From Macrostomum hystrix (taxonomy: Eukaryota; Animalia; Platyhelminthes), in the NCBI GenBank assembly GCA_950097015.1, contig CATNEN010000005.1:1860001-1924000 (forward strand): 64,000 nt of DNA. The letters are read 5' to 3'. The position numbers and the translations under genes are program-made. The notes under the pieces are model-generated. The model was not told where the DNA came from. It was given only the letters and a program-made list of their open reading frames with translations, and ran no database searches. Numbering within the stretch: position 1 is the stretch's first letter; each line of letters opens with the position of its first letter. Of this stretch, positions 61,142-64,000 are shown in pieces.

Positions 61142-64000
61142 ATTGAAACTTTACTCCGAGACGACGCGAAACTTTCTCGTACCTGCCCGCCTTCTATTAT
61201 CATAATCATAACTAATATTATCATCATTATTAAATCACTGTTATCGTTATGATCAAATTATTACATTTTTTATCATTGAATATATTACCGTCAAAAAAAT
61301 AAATGTACTTACGTTTAAAAATTGAATGTTCTATTTAATGATTTTTAAAGGAAGAGTTTAAAACAACAAAATATAGAAAGAAACTGATTCAAAAAAAGTC
61401 TCACCTGTATTCTTTAATGTGGATAACGTATCAAATTATATTAAGTATCCTAAAGATGTCCTTAGCAGTCTCGGGTACCATTAAGAGATGAAAAGAGATA
61501 AGAAAGAAATTGCAAAAATATCAATAGATTCGTAGATACTGTAAAATTACAAGTTAGAAACCAAGGAAAATTTAATCTCTTGTTGAAAGACCAAAGCAAA
61601 AAGCAGCAAATTAAGTGCAGAAGCGAATGCTTCTTTACATGCTAAAAATTCCTAAAAGGCTATAAAGCAACTGATTAAAAGTCAGTTGGCCCTAGGGCTA
61701 ATTAATTGTTGCAGGGCAAAGTAGAAGGCAGACTGCGTACTCTTAAAACAGACTCATCTAGCGCCGGTAGTACTCGTAGATTTGGCTTAGTCAAAAAGCC
61801 AGCTTTGTCAATAATTAAATTTTCATCGAATAACGCCGGTCGGCAGCCGTTAGATGTCACAGACTGAAATTGCGCGAATTTTTTTTTCGTTATAAATAAA
61901 CAAATTGCGAACTATAATGTTAAGTATGGCGAATTATATTTTTTTAGACTTTCGTTTTTAGTAGTTTATTTTATTGGTCATTGCTATTATTATTAAATAT
62001 TTCTGTGTATTCTTAGCCAACCCTCGCAGGTTCAATACAATTATAAACAGCAAGTTGTCTTTTTATAGTGTTATGTAAAGTGATGACTCATTTATTGTAG
62101 CTTCGACGGTCGTCTTCGTTTTTAGCCACGTGTTCTCGTTGTCAGATTGAGTAGCTTGCAGTTGTAGCTAGACCTACTTTAGAGTAATTTAGTAGTTTGT
62201 AGCTACATGGCACTTTTGTATTTTTTTTTCTGTTTGCTTTGTTTTAGGGTCTAAACCTTCTTATACAAAAAATTAGGGACAGGGCCTTTCTATTAGAGTT
62301 AGAGTAGACCTACTGATGACTGATTGGCCTAGCTGCTACTACTCTAACTCTTTAAGGTTTTTAGGCTTGGCCCTAAAAGAATTGTAATGGAATAGGCTAG
62401 GGCCTAGACCTTACAATGCTACACAGGCACTGACCTAGCAATGGTGCCAATGGATACTAGGCCTAGTGCTCAGGCTGTAAGGGGCCTAGCCTAGCTAGCT
62501 AGCCTACTTTAATTGTCACAATGCTTGTCTTGTCTATGTAGTACTATTAGGGTCTATGCCTTGTAGCCAACAGATGGCTATTGGCTAAAATAGTAGACTA
62601 GTTAACAAAATAAGTTGGTGCTAGACCACTGGTCATTTACTTTGTCAACTGCCAAAATAATTTTGATAATGGAACTGTGCCTAGGCCTAATAAATACAAC
62701 TTACATACATACAATACTAGCCTGCCTAAGGTTAGAGTAGAAGCACAAGGTTTGGAATGACTGAAAGTTCTGCATAGACCTAACTTTAGGCCTCTAGTTA
62801 TAGGCCTAGCTAATGGTTGGTAGGCCTAAACTAGGCTTAGAGCTCTAGAAAGGATCATGCAATTTCAAAATATAGGGCCTAAAAATGCTCCTATATCAAA
62901 GTATCAAATCAAAATCAAAAGTAAAACTTCTGAAAGATTGTTAACTTTATGTTACTTATATAAAAATGCCTAGGACAGGGCCTAGCTTAATTTATAAACA
63001 TCTTTAGGCCCTAGGGTAATGTATCATCAACCAAACAAGAATGTGTATTTTTTAACTTCAAACCTAAGCTACAGATTTTCTATTCAAGATATGATGATAA
63101 ATCAAAAGCCAAGTTATAGAAAATAGTTAAATCTTTCTAAAAAGTATCTGATTTTGCTATTTTATCAAATAGAAAAATGTTATTCCTACTTTTTATCTAA
63201 AACCGAACAATGATTTTCATGTATCTTCAAACCAAACAGTGAATTTGATGTTTGGTTTTACAATTTGAGTGAGTGGTTTAATCTTATTTTAAGGAGTGAA
63301 CTATCATGAATTATGTAATTTGAAAGCATTTTTCATGCTCTATAAATAACTACATTTATGGTCATTTAATTGGCAAGCAACCATATACAATTTTTGTCTA
63401 AAGTACATACTGAAAAATGTTGTTAAAAAGTATGCTTTTGCAATAAAAATTTCTACTGAAACATCAATATCTTTCTTTCCTCTTAATGCTTCATTGCACA
63501 TCATGCCTCAGATTGTAGATAATTTCTTCAACTTTCAAATTAGTTGTTCTGTGAAACATAATAGCTTGTTTCTGTCTTGCAAGAGACCAAGGAAGGAGTC
63601 AAAATTCTTGTTCGGTTTTGAAGAAAAACTGTTCGGTTGATGATACATTACCCTATAGTTGGCATAAATTTACTTCAGTTTGCAAAATCATTTTTAAAAT
63701 GTAAAACAGTGCGAAACACACCGAACTGATGTGGCATGGAATTTTCTATTGTTGTCTATGGTCATGACCATAGACAGAAAGTCAGCAGAAAGAATCACTG
63801 AAAATTTCTTACCTTCACTAGTGACTTCAATCAGACAATATTTCCAAGCTTCCAACTGAGAATGGCTAGACGAGCAGCTAGACCTTTATGGATTGTGCCT
63901 CCCAACAAACTTCTGTTGGCTTAAGCACTGAAAGAGCTTAAACTCAGCTCAACTGTGATTCTTTCTGTTTTCTTTCTCTCCATGGTTATTGCCATAGACA

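Overview
Eukaryotic, intron-containing and satellite-rich DNA. It is most likely a free-living flatworm of the Macrostomum type, inferred from a near-exact match at 5280-5305 to the M. lignano spliced-leader exon as I recall it. Roughly a quarter of the window is tandem repeat. Genes: a decayed IS630/Tc1-type transposase, an intronless SLC46/PCFT-like MFS transporter, a 3-exon acid lipase, and two tandem fibrinogen-related (FReD) paralogs. There is also a tight minus-strand cluster FAU(eS30) -> non-coding snoRNA host -> PSMA4 -> D2HGDH-like -> coiled-coil gene that looks like a trans-spliced operon. Main observations not visible in the ORF track: (1) a 9-exon non-coding host gene with one SNORD12/snR190-type box C/D snoRNA in each of its 8 introns (36.9-39.8 kb); (2) three tandem two-exon genes for 38-48 aa Cys-rich microproteins sharing one intron position (54.8-59.4 kb); (3) a D2HGDH-like gene with no in-frame ATG whose start could come from the AUG-ending flatworm spliced leader, and whose substrate pocket appears rewired. 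All calls are by eye. Reference sequences (rRNA, SNORD12, SL, human D2HGDH) are quoted from memory and need database confirmation.
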